DNA of 39,934 nt from Nitrospirota bacterium (GTDB lineage: Bacteria > Nitrospirota > JACRHJ01): the NCBI GenBank assembly GCA_021785055.1, contig JAJYGS010000024.1, positions 1 through 39,934 of the forward strand, in the 5' to 3' direction. The position numbers and the translations under genes are program-made. Below, piece by piece: positions 1 through 8,415 of this stretch (positions are counted from its first letter, which is position 1; every line of letters starts with the position of its first letter). A model generated the notes under the pieces. It did not search any database, was not told where the DNA came from, and saw nothing but the letters and a program-made list of their open reading frames with translations.

Positions 1-1
1 A

Positions 2-193
2 AAGGACATCACCTGGGGAAGCCAGATACGCTCGTACGTCTTCATGCCCTACCAGATGGTGAAAGACCACAGGACGGGCCACGAGGTCGGAAACATCAAC
101 GCCGTCATGGACGGAGACATAGACGGCTTCATCGAGGCGTATCTGCTCGGCAGGCGCGCGCAACCGGGAAGCGGGACAGACGACAACATATAA
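2..193 (+). CDS. prfB: Peptide chain release factor 2, C-terminal fragment (5' end outside window)
   Basis: Own frame-2 translation [48 protein letters not shown]..., stop TAA 191-193. The SQIRSYV / KDHRTG / V.DG.ID.FI blocks are the RF2 C-terminus. Confidence 0.85.
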   Translation, partial: KDITWGSQIRSYVFMPYQMVKDHRTGHEVGNINAVMDGDIDGFIEAYLLGRRAQPGSGTDDNI

Positions 194-195
194 AT

Positions 196-834
196 ATGAC
201 CGTTAACGACCTGCTTCGGCATTATAAATTACGCAAGGACGAAATCCGCGCCCGGCTGGCCGAGTTCAAGGAGACCTGGCGGCAGGGAGACCTTGCGATA
301 TTCAAGGAGCTGTGCTTCTGCATCCTGACGGCCAACACCTCCGCAAGGATGGGCATCACCTGCATCGAGGCCGCGGGCGACGATATACTTACCGCCGACG
401 CCGAAGGCATACGAAATATCCTATGCGGCAGATACCGCTTCTGGAAGACCCGTCCGGAATATATTGTCCATACGCGGGAATACTTAAAAAGCGAGTGCGG
501 CCTTAAAATAAAAAGGCAAATCGAATCGCTTCCAGACTTTCACGGGCGGCGGGACTTCTTTGCGGACAACCTTGGTGTCAAGGGCCTGGGCTACAAGGAG
601 GCGAGCCATTTCCTCCGGAATATCGGCTTTTCCGGCTATGCGATTCTCGACATCCACGTCATTCGCCTGCTGCACGAGCTGGGCGTGCTCCCGGAGGCGA
701 AACGCCCGGCGAACAAGAGGCAGTATGTCTTTATGGAAGAGAGGATGGGCGAGTTTTCAAAAGACGTTAAAATCGGCATGGACGAGCTCGACCTCGCGCT
801 GTGGAGCTACAGAACGGGAGAGATACTGAAGTAG
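196..834 (+). CDS. ogg: 8-oxoguanine DNA glycosylase/AP lyase, Ogg2 family (HhH-GPD)
   Basis: 212 aa. FKELCFCILTAN, VKGLGYKEASHFLRNIGF (helix-hairpin-helix), AILDIHV and C-terminal LDLALWSYRTGEILK closely parallel the Methanocaldococcus jannaschii-type Ogg as I recall it. Confidence 0.8.
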   Translation: MTVNDLLRHYKLRKDEIRARLAEFKETWRQGDLAIFKELCFCILTANTSARMGITCIEAAGDDILTADAEGIRNILCGRYRFWKTRPEYIVHTREYLKSECGLKIKRQIESLPDFHGRRDFFADNLGVKGLGYKEASHFLRNIGFSGYAILDIHVIRLLHELGVLPEAKRPANKRQYVFMEERMGEFSKDVKIGMDELDLALWSYRTGEILK

Positions 835-848
835 CCGCCTTTATTCCC

Positions 849-877
849 TTGACCTGTCTTCAGTTTCTTTCTATAAT
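849..877 (+). promoter_or_regulatory. Predicted sigma70 promoter for lysS operon (TTGACC-17 nt-TATAAT)
   Basis: TTGACC 849-854, 17-nt spacer, TATAAT 872-877. A second TATAAT lies at 887-892. It sits 34 nt upstream of the lysS ATG. Confidence 0.5.
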
Positions 878-910
878 TCCAAGACGTTATAATCCACGAA
901 AGGAACAATA

Positions 911-2395
911 ATGCTTGAGGACAACGAACTGATACAAGTGCGCAAGAAGAAGCTCGAAGAGCTTCGCGCGATGGGAATAAACCCGTACGGGCAGCGCTAC
1001 GAAATAAAAGACCATGCCAAAGAACTGCACGATAAATACGGCGAAACGTCCAAAGAAGAACTGGAGAACAGCAAAGTCCAGGTAAAGGCGGCGGGGCGAA
1101 TAGTCGCGCTCAGGAGTTTCGGCAAGGCCGCGTTTGCGCACATACTCGACGCAAGCGGCAAGATTCAGATTTACATGAAGCGCGACATGCTGGGCGAGGA
1201 GCAGTTCAAGCTTATGAACCTCCTGGATATAGGCGACCATATCGGCGTCGAAGGCTTCCTCTTCCGCACAAAAACAAATGAGCTTACAATAGAAGTGGAG
1301 AAGCTTGCGCTCCTGTCGAAGTCGCTTCGGCCTCTGCCTGAGAAATGGCACGGCCTCACGGACATCGAAACCCGCTACCGCCAGAGGTATGTAGACCTTA
1401 TCGTAAACCCGGAAGTCCGCGACACGTTTGTCACGCGCAACAGGATAATAAAATCGATCCGCGCGTTTCTGGAAGGGCTGGGTTTCCTGGAAGTCGAGAC
1501 GCCTATGATGCAGAGAATTCCAGGCGGTGCGACTGCAAGGCCGTTCATCACACACCACAACGCGCTGGACATGGACCTTTACCTGCGCATCGCGCCGGAG
1601 CTTTATTTAAAGCGCCTCATCGTCGGCGGCCTTGAGAGGGTGTTCGAGCTTAACAGGAACTTCCGAAACGAAGGCATCTCAATAAAGCACAATCCTGAAT
1701 TCACGATGCTTGAGTTCTACATGGCATACGCGGACTACCGCGTCCTTATGGACTTAACGGAGGAACTGTTTGCCCGCATCGCCCGGGACGTAAAGGGTGG
1801 CCTGAAATTCACATACCAGGGCGAGGAAATAGACATGACTTCCCCGTGGCCCCGTATGAGCATGGAGGAGGCCATAGTAAAATTCGCCGGAGCCTCAGCC
1901 GGGGATTTAAACGCCCTTGAGAGCGCGCGGCAGTTCGCAAAGAAAAATAACGTGCCGCTCGAAGACGGGCTTTCGCTGGCGAAGGTTGTCAACGAGATAT
2001 TCGAGAAGACAACTGAATTTAAGATAATGAACCCCGTATTCATTACCGATTATCCCGTCGAGCTCTCTCCGCTCTCGCGCAGGAACGATGAGAACCCGGA
2101 CATGGTAGACCGCTTCGAGCTGATTATCGCCGGGCGGGAGATGGCAAACGCCTTCTCCGAGCTTAACGACCCACAGGACCAGTTCTCGCGCTTCCGGGAT
2201 CAGGTAGCCCAGCGCGAAAAGGGCGATGTTGAGGCGCAGTTCATGGACGAAGACTACGTCCGGGCGCTGGAATACGGCATGCCGCCCACAGCCGGAGAAG
2301 GAATAGGAATAGACCGCCTGGTGATGCTGATGACGGACTCGGCGTCCATAAGAGATGTAATATTATTTCCGCAGCTTCGGAAAGAGCAGTCTTAA
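911..2395 (+). CDS. lysS: Lysine--tRNA ligase, class II
   Basis: 494 aa. N-terminal OB-fold region (VKAAGRIVALRSFGKAAFAHILD), class II motifs FLEVETPMMQ, FRNEG, and GMPPTAGEGIGIDRLVMLMT at the C-terminus. Confidence 0.95.
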   Translation: MLEDNELIQVRKKKLEELRAMGINPYGQRYEIKDHAKELHDKYGETSKEELENSKVQVKAAGRIVALRSFGKAAFAHILDASGKIQIYMKRDMLGEEQFKLMNLLDIGDHIGVEGFLFRTKTNELTIEVEKLALLSKSLRPLPEKWHGLTDIETRYRQRYVDLIVNPEVRDTFVTRNRIIKSIRAFLEGLGFLEVETPMMQRIPGGATARPFITHHNALDMDLYLRIAPELYLKRLIVGGLERVFELNRNFRNEGISIKHNPEFTMLEFYMAYADYRVLMDLTEELFARIARDVKGGLKFTYQGEEIDMTSPWPRMSMEEAIVKFAGASAGDLNALESARQFAKKNNVPLEDGLSLAKVVNEIFEKTTEFKIMNPVFITDYPVELSPLSRRNDENPDMVDRFELIIAGREMANAFSELNDPQDQFSRFRDQVAQREKGDVEAQFMDEDYVRALEYGMPPTAGEGIGIDRLVMLMTDSASIRDVILFPQLRKEQS

Positions 2396-2398
2396 CAG

Positions 2399-3625
2399 AT
2401 GTCTTACTCCTCTTTCATTGCACTTCGTTATTTAAAGGGCAAGCACAAGCGCGTCCCAATATCGCTCAACACCATCATCTCCATCGGCGGGGTGGCGCTG
2501 GGCGTTATGACGCTTATAGTCGTGCTCTCCGTGATGAGCGGATTCGAGAACGACCTCGAAAAGAAAATCCTCGGCACCAACTCCCCCATTATCGTAACGT
2601 CGTTCTACGACAAGGGCATACCGGATTATGGTGTCCCTATGAAGAAAATACAGGCGATCCCGCATGTGGTCTCCGTCGCGCCGTTCACGTACAGCGAGGT
2701 CATGCTCACATCTCCCAACGGCGTCTCCGGGATAATCCTTAAGGGCGTTGACCCGGCCTCCATAGGGAAGGTTACAAAGCTTTCAAAGACAATGGTCGCC
2801 GGGAGCATATCCGGACTCTCCGCGCCCGGCTCCGCGCCGGGAATACTCCTTGGGCGGGAGCTGGCCGTAAACCTCGACGTGCAGATGGGCGACAAGGTGC
2901 GGGTAGTCTCTCCGTTCGGCACCATAACCCCGCTCGGCCCGGCGCCGAAATTCAAGGAATTCGTAGTCCGGGGGCTTTTCGACACCGGCATGTATGAATA
3001 CGACTCGAAGCTCGCGTATATATCCATCCCGGAGGCCCAGAAATTCTTCGGGTTCGGGGATTCCGTCACGGGCTTCGAGGTGCGCATCGACGACCTCGGC
3101 CTCGCGGCTCCTCTGGCCAAAACGATACAGAACCGCCTCGGCTTTCCGTTCCGCGCGCAGGACTGGATGCAGATGAACCGGAGCCTTTTCTCAGCACTGA
3201 AGCTTGAAAAAATTACCATGTTCGTCATACTCGTGCTTATCATTATCGTCGCGTCGTTCAATATCGTCAGCACGCTCATAATGATAGTCATGGACAAGGC
3301 GCGAGAGATTGCGATACTCAAGTCAATGGGCGCGACAAGCAGTGGCATAATGAAAATATTCATGATAAACGGCACGATTATCGGCCTCGTCGGGACGTTT
3401 ATCGGGCTTGCCGGGGGACTGGGGATATGCCTTCTCATCGAAAAAACGCACCTCATATCGCTCCCCAGCGATATATATTACATCAACCATCTGCCCGTAA
3501 GGATGGACCCGGTCGAGATAATAGTCGTGTGCGCTTCCGCCATAATAATCAGTTTCGGGGCGACGCTGTATCCGTCCCGGCAGGCGGCGAAGCTCGACCC
3601 GCTTGAGGCCCTCAGGTACGAATAA
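2399..3625 (+). CDS. lolC: Lipoprotein-releasing system permease, LolC/LolE family (FtsX/MacB-type)
   Basis: 408 aa. N-terminal FIALRYLKGK...ISIGGVALGV TM segment, large periplasmic domain, C-terminal FtsX-like TMs ending YPSRQAAKLDPLEALRYE. lolD lies downstream. Confidence 0.85.
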   Translation: MSYSSFIALRYLKGKHKRVPISLNTIISIGGVALGVMTLIVVLSVMSGFENDLEKKILGTNSPIIVTSFYDKGIPDYGVPMKKIQAIPHVVSVAPFTYSEVMLTSPNGVSGIILKGVDPASIGKVTKLSKTMVAGSISGLSAPGSAPGILLGRELAVNLDVQMGDKVRVVSPFGTITPLGPAPKFKEFVVRGLFDTGMYEYDSKLAYISIPEAQKFFGFGDSVTGFEVRIDDLGLAAPLAKTIQNRLGFPFRAQDWMQMNRSLFSALKLEKITMFVILVLIIIVASFNIVSTLIMIVMDKAREIAILKSMGATSSGIMKIFMINGTIIGLVGTFIGLAGGLGICLLIEKTHLISLPSDIYYINHLPVRMDPVEIIVVCASAIIISFGATLYPSRQAAKLDPLEALRYE

Positions 3626-3639
3626 AGGAGGTAATGGTT

Positions 3640-4290
3640 ATGAGATTCAAAACTGTCGCGGCTTTCGCGGTGTTCTCCGTCCTTATCGCTTCAACGGCGT
3701 TTTGCGCCGGGACTGGCGAAAAGCTATCCTCCAATTCCGGCTTCCTGCTTCAAGGCTCGGTATACAAGCAAAGCGGCGCGATAAGGAGCGGAATCATCGT
3801 CATCCACACAAGCTGGAAGCTTCCGGCCATCGCCCCCACATACAGATACGATTTCGACATCCTTTACGGCAGCACGGAAGGCAGCCTTTACAGCTTTATG
3901 CTCTCCGATGTCTCCCGGATAGATTTCCTTCCCGTCGCAGGCGACAGGCAGCCGGTGAACATTCTGCTCAGGAACGGCACTGTGCAGAAGGTTACGCTGT
4001 CCTCCAGGAAGGAAGGCATCATAGGGACGATGAACCTGCGGCTCGAAGAAGTAGACGTCTTCACGCGCTACGGAAAGAATATTATTTCCGGTGGCGACAT
4101 CCGCAAGATAGTGTTCGCCGCGCCGCCCGATGCCCAAAAAGAATCGCTCGGCGATGTGATAAACCTGCTCGGCAAGACGCTGCACGCAGGCGCGAAAGAC
4201 GGGCTGGCCGATAAAAAATTTATGACCGTGCTGGAAAAGATATATTCAAGGCTGAAATCAAAGGCCGGAGAAAACAGCGGAAAACAGTGA
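3640..4290 (+). CDS. Hypothetical secreted protein embedded between lolC and lolD
   Basis: The ORF track starts at 3634, but GGAGG (3627-3631) is 8 nt from the ATG at 3640 and only 2 nt from 3634. N-terminus MRFKTVAAFAVFSVLIASTAFCAG looks like a signal peptide. The body looks beta-rich with a helical, Lys-rich tail. I recognise no family. Confidence 0.6.
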   Translation: MRFKTVAAFAVFSVLIASTAFCAGTGEKLSSNSGFLLQGSVYKQSGAIRSGIIVIHTSWKLPAIAPTYRYDFDILYGSTEGSLYSFMLSDVSRIDFLPVAGDRQPVNILLRNGTVQKVTLSSRKEGIIGTMNLRLEEVDVFTRYGKNIISGGDIRKIVFAAPPDAQKESLGDVINLLGKTLHAGAKDGLADKKFMTVLEKIYSRLKSKAGENSGKQ

Positions 4291-4970
4291 GCACGCAGTT
4301 TATAATATCCGTCCGAGGTCTCCTGAAGTCGTTTAAAATGGGCGATTCGGAGGTCTCGGTCCTGAAGGGCATCGACCTCGACATCCCGCATGGGGAAATG
4401 CTTTCCATCGTCGGCGCGTCGGGTGTCGGGAAAAGCACACTCCTGCACGTAATCGGGGCGCTGGACAAACCCACGTCCGGCCAGGTTCTCTACGACGGCA
4501 GGGACATCTTCGGCATGCCGGATAAGGAGCTCGCCTCGTTCAGGAACAGGAACATCGGGTTTGTGTTCCAGTTCCATCACCTCCTGCCGGAGTTCTCCGC
4601 CCTTGAGAACGTCCTGATACCATCCATGATAGGCGGCATCGACCCTAAGGCGGCAAGGCTGCGGGCCGAGGCGCTCCTGGATGAAGTGGGGCTTTCCGGG
4701 CGTCTTATGCACCGGCCCGGAGAGCTTTCCGGCGGGGAACAGCAGAGGGTGGCAATCGCCAGGGCGCTGATGTCGGAGCCCAAGGTGATTCTCGCGGACG
4801 AACCCACCGGAAACCTCGATACCCATACCGCACAATCGGTGCACGAGCTTTTAAGGAAGCTGAACCGGGAGAAGGGACTCACTTCCATAATCGTGACGCA
4901 TAACGAGAAGCTTGCCGGGATGGCCGACAGGACGATACACATGGTGGACGGCATCATATATCGCCCATAG
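4287..4970 (+). CDS. lolD: Lipoprotein-releasing system ATP-binding protein
   Basis: 227 aa. GTG start overlaps the upstream stop (GTGA). Walker A GASGVGKST, signature LSGGEQQRVAIARA, Walker B ILADEPTGNLD. Confidence 0.9.
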   Translation: MSTQFIISVRGLLKSFKMGDSEVSVLKGIDLDIPHGEMLSIVGASGVGKSTLLHVIGALDKPTSGQVLYDGRDIFGMPDKELASFRNRNIGFVFQFHHLLPEFSALENVLIPSMIGGIDPKAARLRAEALLDEVGLSGRLMHRPGELSGGEQQRVAIARALMSEPKVILADEPTGNLDTHTAQSVHELLRKLNREKGLTSIIVTHNEKLAGMADRTIHMVDGIIYRP

Positions 4971-6642
4971 GCACTTTCGCGATTATTTCCCCTGCGGTCG
5001 TTATGCCGGCGTTTACCTTATCCACCGCGTCTTCGAACAACGTCCTCATCCCCTTCTCCCGTGCCGCCTTCCAAATTTCTTCCTCCGAGGCTTTTTGCGC
5101 AATGAGATTTCGCAGGTTTCTGTCCAGCGCCAGATATTCAAATATCCCGACCTGGCCGTAATATCCCGTCCCGTAGCATTTATTACAGCCTGCCCCGCTG
5201 AAGGACTTCTTTATCTCAGGCAGGCCGTATGCGGCATCGTTTTGCTCCTCCTCTCTTTTGCAATGCGGGCATATCCTTCTGACGAGCCTCTGCGCGAGCA
5301 CGCCTGTCAGTGAAGATCCGGCAAGGTACGCCGGTATGCCTATGTCGATAAGCCTCGTGATGCTCGATACGGTGCTGTTGGTATGTAGCGTCGAGAGCAC
5401 GAGATGCCCCGTCAGGGAGGACTTTACCGCAATGTCCGCGGTCTCCCTGTCGCGTATCTCGCCAACCATGATTATATCAGGGTCCTGCCTCAGTATGGAG
5501 CGGAGCACGTTCGGGAAGGTGAGTCCTATGGCCTCGTTGATTCCCACCTGCGTGACGCCGGAAAGGCGATACTCAACCGGGTCTTCAATTGTCACCACGT
5601 TCTCCTTCTCCGAGCGCACCTGCCGGAGAATCGCATAGAGCGTGGTGCTCTTTCCGCTCCCCGTGGGGCCGGTTATGAGCAGGAACCCCTGGGGCCTCGA
5701 CAGGGCGTTTAAAAGCGGCTCTTTTATGCCCGCCGGGAAACCTATCTGATCGAGCGATATAAGGCCCTTGCTCTTGTCCAGGAGGCGTATCACTACCTTC
5801 TCGCCGTAAAGCGACGGCAGCGTCGATATGCGGAGGTCCACTTCCCTGTCCGAGAGCTTCAGCTTACTCGTCCCGTCCTGCGGCAGGCGGCGGTTGGTTA
5901 TGTCCATGTCCGCGATAATCTTTATGCGGGAGATGACGTAGTCCTTTATCCTGCGGGGAATGATCAGGGCCTCGCGCAGGTCTCCGTCCACGCGGTAGCG
6001 CACCGCGACGCTCTCCTCGCGCGGCTCTATGTGTATGTCGGAGGCGCGCATCTTTACCGCCTCGACGATTATCATCGTAACGAGCTGGATTATCGGAGGG
6101 GTTTCGCTGAGCTTGTAGAGCGACTGGACGTTCACGACCTTTTCCTCGGAACGGTCGCGCAAAAACTCGGCGTCCTTGTAGGACTTTATCGAGTTCATGA
6201 GGTGAAATACCTTCTCCTTCACCTGGTAATGCTTCTCGATGCAATCGAGGATGTTCTTCTCCGAGGCGATGGCGGGAAGGATTTCACAGCCTGTCCTGAA
6301 CTTCATTTCCTCTATCGTCTGGTAGTCCAGGGGGTCGGCCATCGCGAGCATCAGCCTGCGCGCCACAAGCCGCACCGGGAATATTTTTTTTCTTTCCGCA
6401 TACTCCTCCGGCACCATGTTCAGCGCTTCACGGTCGGCTTCCACGGCCTGCAAATCCACGGACGGAACCCTGAGCTGAAGGGCGAGCGCATCCACGAGGC
6501 TCTTCTCGCTTACGAAGCCGAAGTCAGTCAGGACCCTGCCTATTCTCGCCTTCCCCGCCTTCTGGAACGAAAGGGCCTTCTGGAGATTTTCCCGCGAGAG
6601 CGCCCTTTCTTCCACCAGCATTTCGCCGATGTGTTTTCGCAT
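4954..6642 (-). CDS. GspE/PilB-family secretion ATPase with N-terminal MshEN-type domain (orphan)
   Basis: Walker A GPTGSGKST, Asp/His boxes, tetracysteine CPHC...CNKC. I trimmed the start to the ATG at 6642 (SD AAGAAGG 5 nt upstream). The 6643-6738 extension in the ORF track runs through an intergenic repeat. Confidence 0.85.
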   Translation of the reverse strand: MRKHIGEMLVEERALSRENLQKALSFQKAGKARIGRVLTDFGFVSEKSLVDALALQLRVPSVDLQAVEADREALNMVPEEYAERKKIFPVRLVARRLMLAMADPLDYQTIEEMKFRTGCEILPAIASEKNILDCIEKHYQVKEKVFHLMNSIKSYKDAEFLRDRSEEKVVNVQSLYKLSETPPIIQLVTMIIVEAVKMRASDIHIEPREESVAVRYRVDGDLREALIIPRRIKDYVISRIKIIADMDITNRRLPQDGTSKLKLSDREVDLRISTLPSLYGEKVVIRLLDKSKGLISLDQIGFPAGIKEPLLNALSRPQGFLLITGPTGSGKSTTLYAILRQVRSEKENVVTIEDPVEYRLSGVTQVGINEAIGLTFPNVLRSILRQDPDIIMVGEIRDRETADIAVKSSLTGHLVLSTLHTNSTVSSITRLIDIGIPAYLAGSSLTGVLAQRLVRRICPHCKREEEQNDAAYGLPEIKKSFSGAGCNKCYGTGYYGQVGIFEYLALDRNLRNLIAQKASEEEIWKAAREKGMRTLFEDAVDKVNAGITTAGEIIAKVPMGDI

Positions 6643-6657
6643 ATGGGCCTTCTTGTT

Positions 6658-6687
6658 TGTCATTCCGAGAGTAATCGAGGAATCCAC
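6658..6687 (+). repeat. Dispersed GTCATTCCGAG-N5-TCGAGGAATCCAC repeat, copy 1
   Basis: TGTCATTCCGAGAGTAATCGAGGAATCCAC. 27/30 identical to the reverse complement of 17879-17908. Inner dyad ATTCC/GGAAT. Confidence 0.8.
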
Positions 6688-6784
6688 TTCCGACTTGAAC
6701 AGCGGGTCCCTCCGCTTCAGTCGGGACGATGTTAACAAATTGTATCGGGAGGCTTAGCAGGTGCTTATACTAATGGAAGGACTT

Positions 6785-7624
6785 CTACTTTTCCCGCTTG
6801 AGAATATTTGCTATCATTTCCGCGGCGTCGGTAATATCGGCGGGTAATCCCACGTCCAGGCCCTTTTCCTGAAGCTCCTTGAAAAGCTCCACGAGTATGG
6901 GGAAATCGAGCCTTGCGTGCTTATAGTAATCGGTACTCGAGAAGAGCTCGGCAGGGGTATCGCGCACCATTATCCGGCCCCCCTCACCCAGGACGTAAAC
7001 GGAGTCCGCCATCTGGCTTACTATGTTTATGTCGTGCGTGGACATCAGTATGGACATCCCCCATTTCTTGTTCAGTCTGTTGAGGAGCGCGGCCAGCTCT
7101 TTCCGGGACATGGGGTCGAGCCCCTCGAAAGGCTCGTCCAGGACGAGAAGCTCCGGCTTCAGCACCAGCGCCCCGGCAAGCGCGACTTTCCTCTTCTCTC
7201 CGCCGCTCAAGTAATGGCATACCTTCTTGCGGATATTGTTTATCCCAAGCTCGGTCAGCGCCTCGTCCACGAGGTGTTCGATTCCATGCTTTGGGTAGCC
7301 GTAATTCCTCGGCGCAAACGAGACGTCTTCCTCGACCGTGGGCGCGATAATCTGGTCTTCCACGTTCTGGAGCACCACGCCTATCTTCTCTCTTATTTTA
7401 TCAAAATCCTTCGAGGGGTCGTATCCGAACACCTTTATATCCCCTTTATCCGCCTTCAAAAGCCCAAGGATATGGAACAGAAGCGTAGTCTTTCCGCTGC
7501 CGTTCGGGCCGATTATAACTACCCTCTCCCCCCTCCGGACGACAAAATCAAGCCCGCATAGATAAACCTCGGTGGAATCGGGATATACATGCCTTATACA
7601 GCTTATGCGGACGATTTCTTCCAA
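6785..7624 (-). CDS. cbiO: ECF-type cobalt/nickel transporter ATPase
   Basis: 279 aa. Walker A GPNGSGKTT, LSGGEKRKVALAGA, LVLDEP. Follows cbiM and cbiQ. Confidence 0.85.
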   Translation of the reverse strand: MEEIVRISCIRHVYPDSTEVYLCGLDFVVRRGERVVIIGPNGSGKTTLLFHILGLLKADKGDIKVFGYDPSKDFDKIREKIGVVLQNVEDQIIAPTVEEDVSFAPRNYGYPKHGIEHLVDEALTELGINNIRKKVCHYLSGGEKRKVALAGALVLKPELLVLDEPFEGLDPMSRKELAALLNRLNKKWGMSILMSTHDINIVSQMADSVYVLGEGGRIMVRDTPAELFSSTDYYKHARLDFPILVELFKELQEKGLDVGLPADITDAAEMIANILKREK

Positions 7625-8406
7625 AACCTCAGGGCCTCCATAGACACAACATAGATTATAACAACAATTAAAATTATAATGCCGCCCCCGGAAGAAGGGC
7701 CTTTTTTAAGGATTGCCGCCAGCAGGAAGGCTGCGGTAACCAAGAGATACGGCATGTCCCGAAGACCCGGCCTTGAAATATCCCTCCGGGCACAGAGCTT
7801 GCCGTTGTAGCCCCGTATGGACATTACGTCGTAGAGCCTCTGGCTCTTCTCGTAGGCAAGTATGAAAAGCATCCCTATCCCCGCAGCCATGTTCGAGGCG
7901 TTGCTCACCATCCGCCTGGGGCCAATCCCGCCGCGCAGCCTCAGGGCTGCCAGGAAATTGTTCATAAGCCCAAGCAGTATGAAGAACGATCGGTATGTCA
8001 TGAAAATCCCGTCCCTTATGACCTGCGGCATCCACCTGCCCGCGAGATCCACGACCTCCGTAAACGGAGTTGTGGAAATAAGCAGTATCATCGCCGATGC
8101 GGCTGTAACGGCCTTCAGCATAATCGTCGCCGGCAATATCCAGCCGCCGGACGTGAGGCTAAGGGCGTAAAGTATCGTAAATGCCGCCGGCAGGAGCGAT
8201 ATTGCAATTACATACCTTACGGGAAGCATGGAGAGCCTGACGGTTGTAAGCACGATTAAATATAGACCCGCCAGAAGGCCCAGGTCCCACGTGATTACTA
8301 CGGAGGCTATTACCATCGACGTGGCGAGGACTTTCGAGACGGGCGAAGACCTGTGTATGACGCTTTTCCCGGAAGCGGCCCAGTAATCTATCCGCGTGAT
8401 GTCCAA
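7603..8406 (-). CDS. cbiQ: ECF transporter transmembrane (T) component
   Basis: 267 aa polytopic membrane protein between cbiM and cbiO. TTG start. Contains an ALRLRG-type coupling-helix motif (AALRLRGGIG) and a second SIRGY motif. Confidence 0.75.
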   Translation of the reverse strand: MDITRIDYWAASGKSVIHRSSPVSKVLATSMVIASVVITWDLGLLAGLYLIVLTTVRLSMLPVRYVIAISLLPAAFTILYALSLTSGGWILPATIMLKAVTAASAMILLISTTPFTEVVDLAGRWMPQVIRDGIFMTYRSFFILLGLMNNFLAALRLRGGIGPRRMVSNASNMAAGIGMLFILAYEKSQRLYDVMSIRGYNGKLCARRDISRPGLRDMPYLLVTAAFLLAAILKKGPSSGGGIIILIVVIIYVVSMEALRFWKKSSA

Positions 8407-8415
8407 ATGTCTGTC

